Shown here in pieces: positions 1 to 9,668 of a DNA stretch of 64,000 bases (its first letter is position 1; each line of letters starts with the position of its first letter). This stretch comes from an uncultured Candidatus Binatia bacterium. GTDB taxonomy: Bacteria; Desulfobacterota; Binatia; UBA9968; JAJDTQ01. The position numbers and the translations under genes were made by a program. The stretch covers positions 1,792,001-1,856,000 of the forward strand of contig OZ251459.1 of assembly GCA_965242525.1 (NCBI GenBank). The letters run 5' to 3'. A model generated the notes under the pieces. It did not search any database. It saw only the letters and a program-made list of their open reading frames with translations, and was not told the DNA's origin.

Positions 1-1
1 C

Positions 2-1147
2 CTGACCGATGGCGCCCCGTCCTCCGGCCGGCAGCGCCAATGGGTCGCCAGCCGGTGCCGCCATGTGACCGTTTTCGCCCAGCCTCCGTGGCGCAGGGTC
101 ACCGGCGCCCTCCGGGCCTTGTTGCGCGGCCTGCCGCTACAGGTGGGCTGGTTCGACAACCCGCATCTCAAGCGCTCGCTTCGTCGGCCGTCCCGCCCAC
201 GGCATGACGTGATCTACGGCTACACGCTTCGCAGCGGGGAGGCGGTTCGAGGACTGGGCCGGCAATCCAACGGGCGGACGCGCGAGGACGACGATCATCG
301 CCCCGTGACCTACTTGGCCATGCAGGTGTCGCAATCACTCAATACCAGACGCATTGCCGCAAACGCGCCCGGATGGCGGGAAAGGCTGATCTATCGACTG
401 GAACATCTGCTGACCGCAGCGTACGAAGCGCGCATCTGGAGAGAGTTCACGCGAACCGTGCTCATCGGCGACGCCGACGCACGCGAGATCCGGCAGGTTT
501 GCGCCTACAGGGGCGTGCCCGCCATCGACAACTACTTCCTGTCGCCGCACGGCGTCGATGCGGACCGTTTCCATCCGTACCACAACTCGCACGCGGATCC
601 CTGCACCCTGGCCTTTGCCGGCGTGTTGGCCACCAACACCAACGTGAACGCGGTGCTGTGGTTCGTGGAGCACGTCTGGCCCAGGGTGCGCACCGAGTTT
701 CCCCTTGCCAGATTCGTCATCGTCGGCCGCATGCCGAGACCGGAGATCCTCGCCCTCGACAAGCGTCCGGGGATCACGGTCACGGGCGAGGTGCCCGAGC
801 CGGCCGATTACCTCGGACGGGCGACGGTCTGCGTCAACCCCATGCAGGCGGGCGCCGGAATGCAGAACAAGCTGCTGGAATACATGTCCATGGGCAAGGC
901 CGTGGTCGCCACGTCGCTGGCCAACGAGGGAGTCCGGGCCCGGCCCGGCAGCGAAATACTGATCGCCGACGGCGCGGACGAATTCGCCGCGGCGGTCGTT
1001 TCCCTGCTGCGCGACGGCAAACGGCGCGAAGCCCTCGGCCGGGCCGCCCGGGCCCGGATGATGCGCGAGTGGAGTTGGGAGGCGCACTTCCTGAAACTGG
1101 AATCGGACATGGTGGAGCAGGTGGAATCACCGAACGGATCCGGTTGA
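2..1147 (+). CDS. Glycosyltransferase family 4 (5'-truncated at window edge)
   Basis: Frame is open from position 2. C-terminal GT4 motifs GMQNKLLEYMSMGKAVVAT and FVIVGR. Confidence 0.85.
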   Translation: MTDGAPSSGRQRQWVASRCRHVTVFAQPPWRRVTGALRALLRGLPLQVGWFDNPHLKRSLRRPSRPRHDVIYGYTLRSGEAVRGLGRQSNGRTREDDDHRPVTYLAMQVSQSLNTRRIAANAPGWRERLIYRLEHLLTAAYEARIWREFTRTVLIGDADAREIRQVCAYRGVPAIDNYFLSPHGVDADRFHPYHNSHADPCTLAFAGVLATNTNVNAVLWFVEHVWPRVRTEFPLARFVIVGRMPRPEILALDKRPGITVTGEVPEPADYLGRATVCVNPMQAGAGMQNKLLEYMSMGKAVVATSLANEGVRARPGSEILIADGADEFAAAVVSLLRDGKRREALGRAARARMMREWSWEAHFLKLESDMVEQVESPNGSG

Positions 1148-1163
1148 ACGTCACGGGCGCGGT

Positions 1164-2315
1164 TTGGATTACACGAAAGCACCGCTTGGGTTCCGGCTCC
1201 GCAAGGTCCTTCGCTACACCCGCATGTACGGCATATCCCGGACTCTGGCCAAGGTCCGTGGACACTACCACATGCGCGCCCGTTACGACCATCTTCCGGC
1301 GGGCAAGAAGGCCGGTTCCGGCGTCGCCCACGTGGGTTTGATCGGGTGCGGCAATTTCGGCTTCAGCGCCATTGCCCATATCCTGACGAAGGAGGCGGGG
1401 CCGGTTCTCCGCGGCGTGATGGACAGCAACGCACACCGCGCCGCGTCGCTGTTCGAGCGCTACCGCGCCGATTACCACACCACCGACGCGGATGAAGTGC
1501 TGTCCGACCCCGCCATCGACCTCATCTACGTTGCCTCGAACCACGCCAGCCATGCGGAGTACGCCGTTGCCGCCATCGAGGCCGGCAAGGCGGTGCACAT
1601 CGAGAAGCCCCACGTGGTCAACGAGGACCAGCTTCGCCGCCTGCTGGCCGCAGCCGCAGCGGCGGACGACCCCCGCGTCCGGCTGGGCTTCAACCGTCCC
1701 GTGAGCCCGTTCGGACTGCGCGTGCTGGCGGCCATGGAAGCGGAGAAGGGAGCCGGCATCATCAACTGGTTCGTGGCGGGTCACCGGATCGACCGGGACC
1801 ACTGGTACTTCCACCCGTCCGAAGGGGGCCGCGTGCTCGGCAACCTGTGCCACTGGACGGACTTCACCATGCAGATGATTCCGGAGGGCAGACGCTACCC
1901 CATCCGGATCATTCCCGGGAGATCCGATACCAGCGACTGCGACATCGCCGTATCCTATGTCTTCGCGGACGGATCCATTGCAGCCATCACCTTCTCCGCG
2001 AAGGGCCACAGTTTCGAGGGCGTGCGGGAGAAGCTGCACGTCCACAAGGGCGACATCCTGGTCTCGCTGGCCGACTTCAGGGATCTCGCCATCGAAAACG
2101 GGCCCCGCAAGGAACGCCACCGCCCGCTGTTCCGACAGCACGGGCACCGACAATCCATCCTGGCAAGCTATGGGATGAGCGCACGGGGCGGGCGCACGGA
2201 GGGCTGCGGCCTCAACTACGTGCGCCAGACCGCCGAACTCTTCCTCGCCACCCGCTCGGCGCTGGAGTCGGACCGGGAAGTCCTGCTCCACGACCCGGCT
2301 TCCGCCTCCGGTTGA
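1164..2315 (+). CDS. Gfo/Idh/MocA family oxidoreductase
   Basis: VGLIGCGNFG Rossmann motif, VHIEKP, LGFNR and NLCHWTD. Confidence 0.85.
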   Translation: MDYTKAPLGFRLRKVLRYTRMYGISRTLAKVRGHYHMRARYDHLPAGKKAGSGVAHVGLIGCGNFGFSAIAHILTKEAGPVLRGVMDSNAHRAASLFERYRADYHTTDADEVLSDPAIDLIYVASNHASHAEYAVAAIEAGKAVHIEKPHVVNEDQLRRLLAAAAAADDPRVRLGFNRPVSPFGLRVLAAMEAEKGAGIINWFVAGHRIDRDHWYFHPSEGGRVLGNLCHWTDFTMQMIPEGRRYPIRIIPGRSDTSDCDIAVSYVFADGSIAAITFSAKGHSFEGVREKLHVHKGDILVSLADFRDLAIENGPRKERHRPLFRQHGHRQSILASYGMSARGGRTEGCGLNYVRQTAELFLATRSALESDREVLLHDPASASG

Positions 2316-2342
2316 AACGTTCGGTTCCGGCGTCGGACAGAG

Positions 2343-3515
2343 TCATGGACTCGTGCGCAACAACGAACGGTAACGCTCCGCCATGGACGCGGCGGAGGAT
2401 TGCCACGTGTAGCGCTCCGTCACCAGCTTCCGTCCGTTGCGTCCCATGCGGACGCACAGGCCACTGTCCGACAGCAGCTTGCCGACGGCCTCGCACAACG
2501 CCGTGTCGTTCGACGGGACCACGAACCCCGCTCCATGCTCGGCCACTTCGGGGAAGTTGCACCGGTCGGAAATGACCACCGGCAAACTGGCGCCCAGTGC
2601 GTCGAGAACCGCGTTGCTGAAGCCTTCGGCGTAAGAGGGCAGGACGAACAGGTCGGCGCACTGGAACGCCGCCCGCTTGTGGTCGCCGGTCAACAGGCCG
2701 GTGAACACGGCCCGGTCCAGCAGGCCGTTGCTGCGGAGGATGGACTCCATCGCACCGCGGGCGCCCTCGTCCGGCCCCACCACCAGCAGCATGGAGTCCG
2801 GGAACTCCCTGGCCGTCATCGCGAAGCTGCGCGCCAGTACGTCCAGACCCTTGATCCAATGCAGCCGCCCGATGAAGAGAACGACGCGCTTACCCGCCAA
2901 CCTCGGGTATTCCGCCGTCAGATCCACGTTGGCGGGCGGGACCGCTTCATCGAGAAAGATCCCGTTGGGCACCAGGAAGGTCGGCGTGTGGTAACCCAGC
3001 ACGGCCGCGTGCGACGCTTCCGCCCGTGAGACGATGTGCAGGGCGTCGGCCGACCTCACGATGCCGTTCAGCAGCACTTGGCGGTAGATCCATTTCCGGT
3101 ACCTCTTGTGCCGCAGGCATACCTCGGCCAGCTCACCCCGAAGGCTGAGCACGTAGGGGAGAGCGTGCTTGCGGGCGGCGCGGAACGCCGCGTACGTGGA
3201 GTAGGACAGCGTCTGGTGGGCATGGACGAGGTCGAAGCGTCGCGCCTCGGCGTCCAGGAACGCGCCCAGTTTACGGGAGAACGCCGGCCAGAAGGACGCG
3301 GGGAACTCCGTATCGAACCGGTGGACCGGCACCCCGGGGACCGGCAATACATCGGTCTCGGCGATGGACCCCCGGGCCGTGACGATCTCGCAATGCACCC
3401 TCTGCCGGGCCAACTCCAGGGTCAGCCCCCGTACCGCCGCGGGCGCCCCTCCCAACTTCGGCGACATGCTGGGGATTACGTGCAGGACTCTCACCTTCTC
3501 AATCCACTCCTTCAC
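2343..3515 (-). CDS. Glycosyltransferase family 4
   Basis: VLHVIPS...GG N-terminus, FIGRLHWIKGLD and FVLPSYAEGFSNAVLDA. Confidence 0.9.
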   Translation of the reverse strand: MKEWIEKVRVLHVIPSMSPKLGGAPAAVRGLTLELARQRVHCEIVTARGSIAETDVLPVPGVPVHRFDTEFPASFWPAFSRKLGAFLDAEARRFDLVHAHQTLSYSTYAAFRAARKHALPYVLSLRGELAEVCLRHKRYRKWIYRQVLLNGIVRSADALHIVSRAEASHAAVLGYHTPTFLVPNGIFLDEAVPPANVDLTAEYPRLAGKRVVLFIGRLHWIKGLDVLARSFAMTAREFPDSMLLVVGPDEGARGAMESILRSNGLLDRAVFTGLLTGDHKRAAFQCADLFVLPSYAEGFSNAVLDALGASLPVVISDRCNFPEVAEHGAGFVVPSNDTALCEAVGKLLSDSGLCVRMGRNGRKLVTERYTWQSSAASMAERYRSLLRTSP

Positions 3516-4818
3516 GAGCGCTCGCGAACCCGTCCTTCACCAGGATCATCGGAGTCTTCCCGGCTATCGTGCGCTCGAGTTCCGGCACTTCCCGCACCTC
3601 CAGGGACTCGCCGAACCGGGGATCGATCCGGTGCGCCATGCCGCGGATCCTCTCGATGTCGGATTCCGCAAGGGACTCGCTCACGGTGACGTTCAGGGTC
3701 ACCCGGCCCTCCCGGGATACGGCCTGGTAACCGGTGATCCGGGGCACGCCGCGAACGATATGGGAAACCGCTTCCGAATGCAGGCTCCGACCGTTGGGCA
3801 GCCGAATGGTCCGGTTGCTCCGTCCCGCGACGCGACCGAAGGAGAGAGCGGAACACCCTGCCGCTCGTGACGACTCGTCCGAGACCTCATAGGAGTCGTG
3901 CAACCGGTAGCGGAACAGCGGCGTACAACGTCGGAACAGGGAGGTTACGAAGACCTCCTGCAACCCCGCTCCTGGGTGGTATTCGAGCAGGTAACTCTTC
4001 CAGAATACCCGGTAACCGCCGGCCGGATGCGTGTGGGCCACGAGACCGGTCTCCACCGAGCCGTACTCCATCCCCACCGGAGCAGAGAAGACGTCCGCGA
4101 TGCGCGCTTCCGAATCCTCGAAGGGAAACCCTTCGGCCGCGGCGATTACGGCCTTCAGGCCGAGAGCCGCATAGGCGGAAGACAGATGAGCGTTGGTCCT
4201 CGCCAATCGATCTAGGTAGCATGCGTAACCCATGACGAAATGGGGCCCGGCTTCCAACAGGCGTCTTCCGGCGTTTTCGAGCGCAGACTCCGACATGTCG
4301 TAACAGGAGTGCCTTCGGTAGTTCTGGATCCGGTCCTTGATGGACCGGGACCAGCCGTTCACCTTCCCTCGCCATCCCTCTCCCAGCAGGTGCGAATGGC
4401 CCCAATACAGCATCAGGCGGTGACGTGGACCGATTCCGTACCAGGAACGACCCAGCCACGGATCCAGCCGGTTCTCTTCGTATTCCCTGCGCCAGGACGG
4501 GACCTGCATGGGCTTGGCCGTGCTCCCGCCGGTGATTCGCTTGCCGTCGGGGCGCGGGTCCCGGCTCCAGCAAGGGATTTCCGTATCCTGGAGGATCTCC
4601 CTGGTGAGCGGCGGCGCCGTGTCGACGTATTGCGGCAGGGAAGCAAAGCGCCGGGGCAAGCCGTTCTCCACCAGTCTTCGGTAATACGGGATGTTTCGAG
4701 ACGCCCAGTCCCACAGTTCGTTGACTCGCGCAAGCTGGTAGGCGGCGATACGGGACGGGGACCACGTCCGGTAATCGAGGGCGAGCGCCTGCAATCGAGA
4801 TTCGGAAATCCAGGCCAT
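3499..4818 (-). CDS. Phenylacetate--CoA ligase/CapK-like adenylate-forming enzyme
   Basis: IPYYR, TGGSTAKP P-loop, EYGSVETG and PLFRYRLHD. ATG at 4818 follows AGGAGAGG. Confidence 0.8.
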   Translation of the reverse strand: MAWISESRLQALALDYRTWSPSRIAAYQLARVNELWDWASRNIPYYRRLVENGLPRRFASLPQYVDTAPPLTREILQDTEIPCWSRDPRPDGKRITGGSTAKPMQVPSWRREYEENRLDPWLGRSWYGIGPRHRLMLYWGHSHLLGEGWRGKVNGWSRSIKDRIQNYRRHSCYDMSESALENAGRRLLEAGPHFVMGYACYLDRLARTNAHLSSAYAALGLKAVIAAAEGFPFEDSEARIADVFSAPVGMEYGSVETGLVAHTHPAGGYRVFWKSYLLEYHPGAGLQEVFVTSLFRRCTPLFRYRLHDSYEVSDESSRAAGCSALSFGRVAGRSNRTIRLPNGRSLHSEAVSHIVRGVPRITGYQAVSREGRVTLNVTVSESLAESDIERIRGMAHRIDPRFGESLEVREVPELERTIAGKTPMILVKDGFASAREGVD

Positions 4819-4940
4819 CCTCGGCCTCTCCTTCGATGACGGCCGCCGAGCGGGAAACGGTACGTTCCCGTCTGCGTCGTTGGCGTTCGATGCGTCGTGA
4901 CCCGGAGGACATCTTCCGGCGTCCGCACGGGTTCGCGCCC

Positions 4941-6392
4941 TCACAAGTTGTAGCTCGACAGGTAGGAGCGCCATCCCCTGGGGACGGTGAACGGGCGTGA
5001 CAACACGGGCGCCAACTCATCTTCGGCCACCGGCCTGCCGTTGGAGGAGATGGACGGTCCCCCGTCCGCGGCGTCACCCTGCCGGTCCATGGTCCTCGAG
5101 GCCCGCAGGAGCGGCAACGCCTCCGGACGGTAACCCATGAGCCGCCATGAGATTCGGTCGGCGAGGGCCGGCTCATCGGCGAATACGAGCGTGCCGCTGT
5201 CCACTGGCCGCGGCGCAAGCGGTCCGTTGCCCTCGCCGCCGACGATGCCGTCCACCAGCACCAGGTGCCTTCGCTGCCGGCTCCGGTGCAGTACCCCGCT
5301 GCCGTCTCCGTACTGCAATATCCGATGGAGGTCGAGCACCATGCGCCAAGCCGTGTCGTTGCCGTGCCATGATCCGCCGAGGGTGACTCCGAGCCGCCGC
5401 AAAACACCGCTCAGCAGGTAATGCAGGACCTCCATGCTTCCCTGCAGCGGCGACGCCGGTTCCCTGCGGTTCAGCCAGTCATGGAAATGTGAAAGGGGCG
5501 TAGCGAAGGCGTATCGTGCGGGGAACTCATCCCCTCCTCTGGAGGGGGAACCGAAGCGGTGGTGCGCCAGACAGTCCTTGTGGCCCACGGAACCGACGAT
5601 CCCCTTCAGCGCGCACGTCAACCCGACCTTCTCGTGGGTCTTCAGCTTGGGCAGGCTGACGATGGTCTGTGCGTCGAGTACCGACCGATGGATGACGTAC
5701 ACGTGGGAGGCTCGCGAGTGGTAGCGGTCGGTCCGGTCCGGGTTGTAGTTCATGACGCGAAAGGGAGACGACCGATCCCCCTTTTCGGCCAGCAGGCTGC
5801 TGTCTCCCAGGTCGAAGACCGCGGCGGACGAGTCGTCGCCAAGGCTGCGGGACTTCAGCGTTCTTCCGAGGACCGTCTTCTCCGTGGCGAAGAGGCGCAG
5901 GTCCTCGGCGCGCACGGAGGCTCCCTCCGCGGCATAGAACCCGGCCACCCGATCGGCGCCCGCGTCGGCAAGGACCCTCGACCATCGGCACGACTGCAAG
6001 GGGGCGTTGCCGAACGCGACGTTCCCTTTCGTTCCGACGGCGATCCATACATAGTCGATCAACGCGCGCAGCACGGATCCGTGGATGCACTTGGCCTGGA
6101 AGTCCCGCAACGATTCCACCCACCTCCGGTGGTGCACGAAGTTGCAAAGTACGAACACACGGCTGCCGGGCGCCATGTAACCGCCCAGCGGATTCCAGGA
6201 AGGGCTGCCGAAGCGGCGCCGGTCCAGCCCGGCGTCCGCCAGCGCCTGCCTCACCAACCGGTACACCGGGTTCTCCGATTTCGAGATCGTGTCGAACGGG
6301 TACTCGGGAAAACGTTCACTCGGAGAAAAGAAATCGTCCCCGTTGGGGTATTGCAGGCCGCGGCGGGTGACGATGGATGCATTCGTGTCCAT
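4941..6392 (-). CDS. DUF362 domain protein (putative Fe-S binding)
   Basis: SLPKLKTHEKVGLTCALKG, GSWHGNDTAWRM and DGIVGGEGNGPLAP motifs. Confidence 0.8.
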   Translation of the reverse strand: MDTNASIVTRRGLQYPNGDDFFSPSERFPEYPFDTISKSENPVYRLVRQALADAGLDRRRFGSPSWNPLGGYMAPGSRVFVLCNFVHHRRWVESLRDFQAKCIHGSVLRALIDYVWIAVGTKGNVAFGNAPLQSCRWSRVLADAGADRVAGFYAAEGASVRAEDLRLFATEKTVLGRTLKSRSLGDDSSAAVFDLGDSSLLAEKGDRSSPFRVMNYNPDRTDRYHSRASHVYVIHRSVLDAQTIVSLPKLKTHEKVGLTCALKGIVGSVGHKDCLAHHRFGSPSRGGDEFPARYAFATPLSHFHDWLNRREPASPLQGSMEVLHYLLSGVLRRLGVTLGGSWHGNDTAWRMVLDLHRILQYGDGSGVLHRSRQRRHLVLVDGIVGGEGNGPLAPRPVDSGTLVFADEPALADRISWRLMGYRPEALPLLRASRTMDRQGDAADGGPSISSNGRPVAEDELAPVLSRPFTVPRGWRSYLSSYNL

Positions 6393-6466
6393 GGCGGTGT
6401 CCCCTTGCCCGATCCAACCTGCCGGCGCTGCACCGCCGCGTTCCGGACGGCGCAACCCCAATCGAC

Positions 6467-7600
6467 TCAAGCGGGCCTCGCATCGGCCGGAAGCAGGCCG
6501 AGAGCTTCGACCAACCGGGGAAGGACGCGCTCCTGGTCGAAGCCGTCCGCGGAATCGCGGGCCCCGTCGGCAAGCCGGCGCCGCAATTCGTGGTCCGCGG
6601 CAAGCCTCGTCATGGCCGCGGCGAAGGCTTCCGCATCGCCGGTCCTGACGATGAGGCCGTTGACCCCGTCCTCGACGATCTCCGACGGCCCGGGCAGGTC
6701 GCTTGCGATGACCGGCAACCCCGCAACGAACGCCTCGATGATCGCTCCGGGATGTCCTTCGAACCGGAAACGGCTCGGGAACGCCAGGACGTCGTGCCGT
6801 TGGAACGCGGCCCGCAGCCGGTCGTTGGACAGGTAGCCATGCACGAAGACGCCGGGCGTCCGTCGTGCCCGTTCCACCAGGCTGCCGGGGACCCGTCCGT
6901 AGATATGCACCTCCATGAACCCGGTCGAAGATCGAGCGCTGCGCGCCCGGTCGAAGGCGTCGAGCAGGACGTCGAGTCCCTTCTCCGGCGTCTCCGACGC
7001 CGACTCGGTTGCCGCGGTCCTCCCCACGAAAGCGAAGCTCGTCCTTCCCCGGGGACGACGGACGGGGGGCGGGACGGGACCCCGGGGGCGAAGGCCCCCG
7101 GTCACGACGGTCTTGGCCCGCAACCGCCGAGGGAGGTCGTTCCGCGCAACTTCCGTCTGCACGGAAAAGACGTCGACGGCCTGGAACAGGAAAAGGCAGA
7201 CGGCGCGTATGGGCGCCGGCAGGCGCTTGGTCAGGAATACCCCCCGCCCGCCCGTCATCCGGGCTACACAGCGCCTGCGGAACAGCTTGGCGCAGAACAC
7301 GAACGCGAGCCCGTAGGAGAAGCAGACGTCGCTCGATCCGAAAAGAACGACCGTGTCCACCCGAGGCGCCCGGAGCAACGCGCGCAGCACCTCCATGACG
7401 GTGCGCCGGTGGCTCAAGGGGCCGGGCAAACCGTCGTCGTCGTAAAACGGATGATGAACGGGCAAGTCGAATCCTTCGATGGCAAGATGGGGAAACCGGC
7501 CAAGGTAGTCGAGCAGGATATCGAACGTGACACGAGAGCCTCCGTCCCGGTAGGGCGGGGGTCCGATCAGCAGCAAACGGCGACTCCCCGGACTTCGCAT
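6467..7600 (-). CDS. Glycosyltransferase family 4
   Basis: FAFVGR...EKGLD and FPSRFRFEGHPGAIIEAFVAGLPVIASD. Start codon uncertain. Confidence 0.85.
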   Translation of the reverse strand: MRSPGSRRLLLIGPPPYRDGGSRVTFDILLDYLGRFPHLAIEGFDLPVHHPFYDDDGLPGPLSHRRTVMEVLRALLRAPRVDTVVLFGSSDVCFSYGLAFVFCAKLFRRRCVARMTGGRGVFLTKRLPAPIRAVCLFLFQAVDVFSVQTEVARNDLPRRLRAKTVVTGGLRPRGPVPPPVRRPRGRTSFAFVGRTAATESASETPEKGLDVLLDAFDRARSARSSTGFMEVHIYGRVPGSLVERARRTPGVFVHGYLSNDRLRAAFQRHDVLAFPSRFRFEGHPGAIIEAFVAGLPVIASDLPGPSEIVEDGVNGLIVRTGDAEAFAAAMTRLAADHELRRRLADGARDSADGFDQERVLPRLVEALGLLPADARPA

Positions 7601-7616
7601 GGGCCGTCCTTCGGGT

Positions 7617-9623
7617 TCAGGAGGCGCTTCCTGCCCTACGGTGCGGTACGCCGTTCGAGCGGCTTTGCCCAACGTGGTCCAACCATGTCTGGAACATCAG
7701 GACACTCCAGAGTTGACCTTCCCATGACTCTCCTCCGCCCAGATGCTCGTTCCACTTCCGGCGGATGGGACGCGGGTCGAAGAAACCATCCTGCCGCAGC
7801 CGCCGTTCGTCGAGCAGGGCTTCCGCCCAATCCCGGAGCGGTCCACGCAGCCATGCGGCGAGCGGGACGCCGAACGCTGCCTTGGGGCGTTCGACGAGGT
7901 CCTTCGGTACGTGTCGATAGAGCACCTGCCGCAGGATCCACTTGCCAAGGCCGTTGCGGAGCTTGAAGGACAGGGGCAGCCGCCAGACGAACTCCACCAC
8001 GCGATGGTCCAGGAACGGCGCACGGCTCTCCAGGCTCACCCCCATCGCGGCCCGGTCCACCTTGACCAGGATGTCGTCCGGGAGATAGCTCAGGGCGTCC
8101 ACCGCCATCAGCCGGTCCGCGAGCTCCGCGGCGTCAGGCCAGGTTGCCGGTTGGTTCAGCACGGTCCGGGGCTCGCACGCGCCGGGCGCCACCGCGGGCG
8201 GGTTCGGCCAGTGCGAGAGCCGTCGGTAGTGAAGCTCCTCCGGCGTCCGGGACCTCGCCAGCCGCATTACCCTGCGGACCTTCCCCGGCGTCCAGCGCCG
8301 CCCCCTGCCCGTCGGCAGCCGCCGAAGCATTCGAGCCGGCAAACCGCCCGGTACCGGCGTGAACAAGACGGCGGTCCGGCGGAGCGACGTGGGCATGCGC
8401 GACAACGAGCGCCATATGCGAGGAGTCGAAGCATAGTGTTCGTATCCGCCGAACAGCTCGTCGCCGCCATCGCCGGACAGGGCGACGGTCACCTGCCGGC
8501 GAGCCAACCCGGCCAACAGGAAAGTAGGCAACTGGGAGTGGTCGGCAAAAGGCTCGTCGAACAGGTCCGGCAGGCGGGGGAGGACGTCCCTCGCCTGCCG
8601 CGCCGACACGTACAGTTCGGTGTGCTCGGTTCGAAGGCGCCTTGCCACCGCCTTGGCGTGCGCCGCCTCGTCGTAGTCGGGTTCTTCGAACCCGATGGTG
8701 AACGTGCGCACCGGCCGCTCGGACTGGGCCTGCATCAAGGCCACGACAGTGGAAGAGTCGATGCCGCCGGAGAGGAACGCCCCGAGCGGAACGTCCGCCG
8801 CCATCTGCCGGCCCACTGCCCGGAGCAACACGTCGTGCAGCGCGTCCACCGCGTCTTCGGGGGCGCCCTCGAACGGCCGCGCCTGGCCGGACGCCACCGC
8901 CTCGCCCAGGGACCAGTACGGCCGCGGCTCCGGCCACTGGCCGGCCGGTTCCCGTGAAGCGCTCGCCGCGACGCTCACGTAGGCGCCGGCCGGCAGCTTC
9001 CGCACCCCTCGGTAGATGGACCAGGGCGCCGGAATGTAGGCGTGGCGCAGGAGCAGGGTGAGGGCATCCCGGTCGATCTCCCCCGCGAACGCCGGGTGCA
9101 TGGCCAATGCCTTGAGTTCGGACCCGAACAGGAACGCGCCGTTCTGCCAGCCGTAGTAGAGCGGCTTCTCCCCTACCCGGTCCCGGGCGAGGCACAGGAT
9201 CCTGTCCTCCCGGTTCCAGACCGCGAAGGCGAACATGCCGACTGCGGCTCGCAACGCATCCTCCAGCCCCCAGCATTCGATGGCCGCGAGCAGAGTCTCC
9301 GTGTCGGAACGCCCCCTCCAGTGCGGACGGTCGGGACCTTCGGCTTCGAGCCGGCGCCGAAGGTCCCGGTGGTTGTATATTTCGCCGTTGAAGACGATGA
9401 CGTTGCGCCCCGAGGCCGACTCCATGGGCTGACTGCCTGCCGGCGACAGGTCCAGCACGGCCAGGCGGCGATGGCCGAGTGCGATTCCCGCTTCGCGGTC
9501 GAGCCAGGTCCCGGCATCGTCCGGGCCGCGGTGCGCCACCGCGTCCGCCATGCCGCGGGCGATGGCGAGGGCTTCTTCCGGCGAGGTTCGGTCCGCACCC
9601 AGGAAACCGGCTATGCCACACAT
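7617..9623 (-). CDS. asnB: Asparagine synthase (glutamine-hydrolysing) family amidotransferase
   Basis: MCGIAG Ntn start, HRGPD, FNGEIYN, LSGGIDSS, LSGDGGDELFGGY and KVDRAAM. Confidence 0.95.
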   Translation of the reverse strand: MCGIAGFLGADRTSPEEALAIARGMADAVAHRGPDDAGTWLDREAGIALGHRRLAVLDLSPAGSQPMESASGRNVIVFNGEIYNHRDLRRRLEAEGPDRPHWRGRSDTETLLAAIECWGLEDALRAAVGMFAFAVWNREDRILCLARDRVGEKPLYYGWQNGAFLFGSELKALAMHPAFAGEIDRDALTLLLRHAYIPAPWSIYRGVRKLPAGAYVSVAASASREPAGQWPEPRPYWSLGEAVASGQARPFEGAPEDAVDALHDVLLRAVGRQMAADVPLGAFLSGGIDSSTVVALMQAQSERPVRTFTIGFEEPDYDEAAHAKAVARRLRTEHTELYVSARQARDVLPRLPDLFDEPFADHSQLPTFLLAGLARRQVTVALSGDGGDELFGGYEHYASTPRIWRSLSRMPTSLRRTAVLFTPVPGGLPARMLRRLPTGRGRRWTPGKVRRVMRLARSRTPEELHYRRLSHWPNPPAVAPGACEPRTVLNQPATWPDAAELADRLMAVDALSYLPDDILVKVDRAAMGVSLESRAPFLDHRVVEFVWRLPLSFKLRNGLGKWILRQVLYRHVPKDLVERPKAAFGVPLAAWLRGPLRDWAEALLDERRLRQDGFFDPRPIRRKWNEHLGGGESWEGQLWSVLMFQTWLDHVGQSRSNGVPHRRAGSAS

Positions 9624-9668
9624 GCAACGTCTCCAACGGCTATCGTCACCGCCCACCCATGATAACAG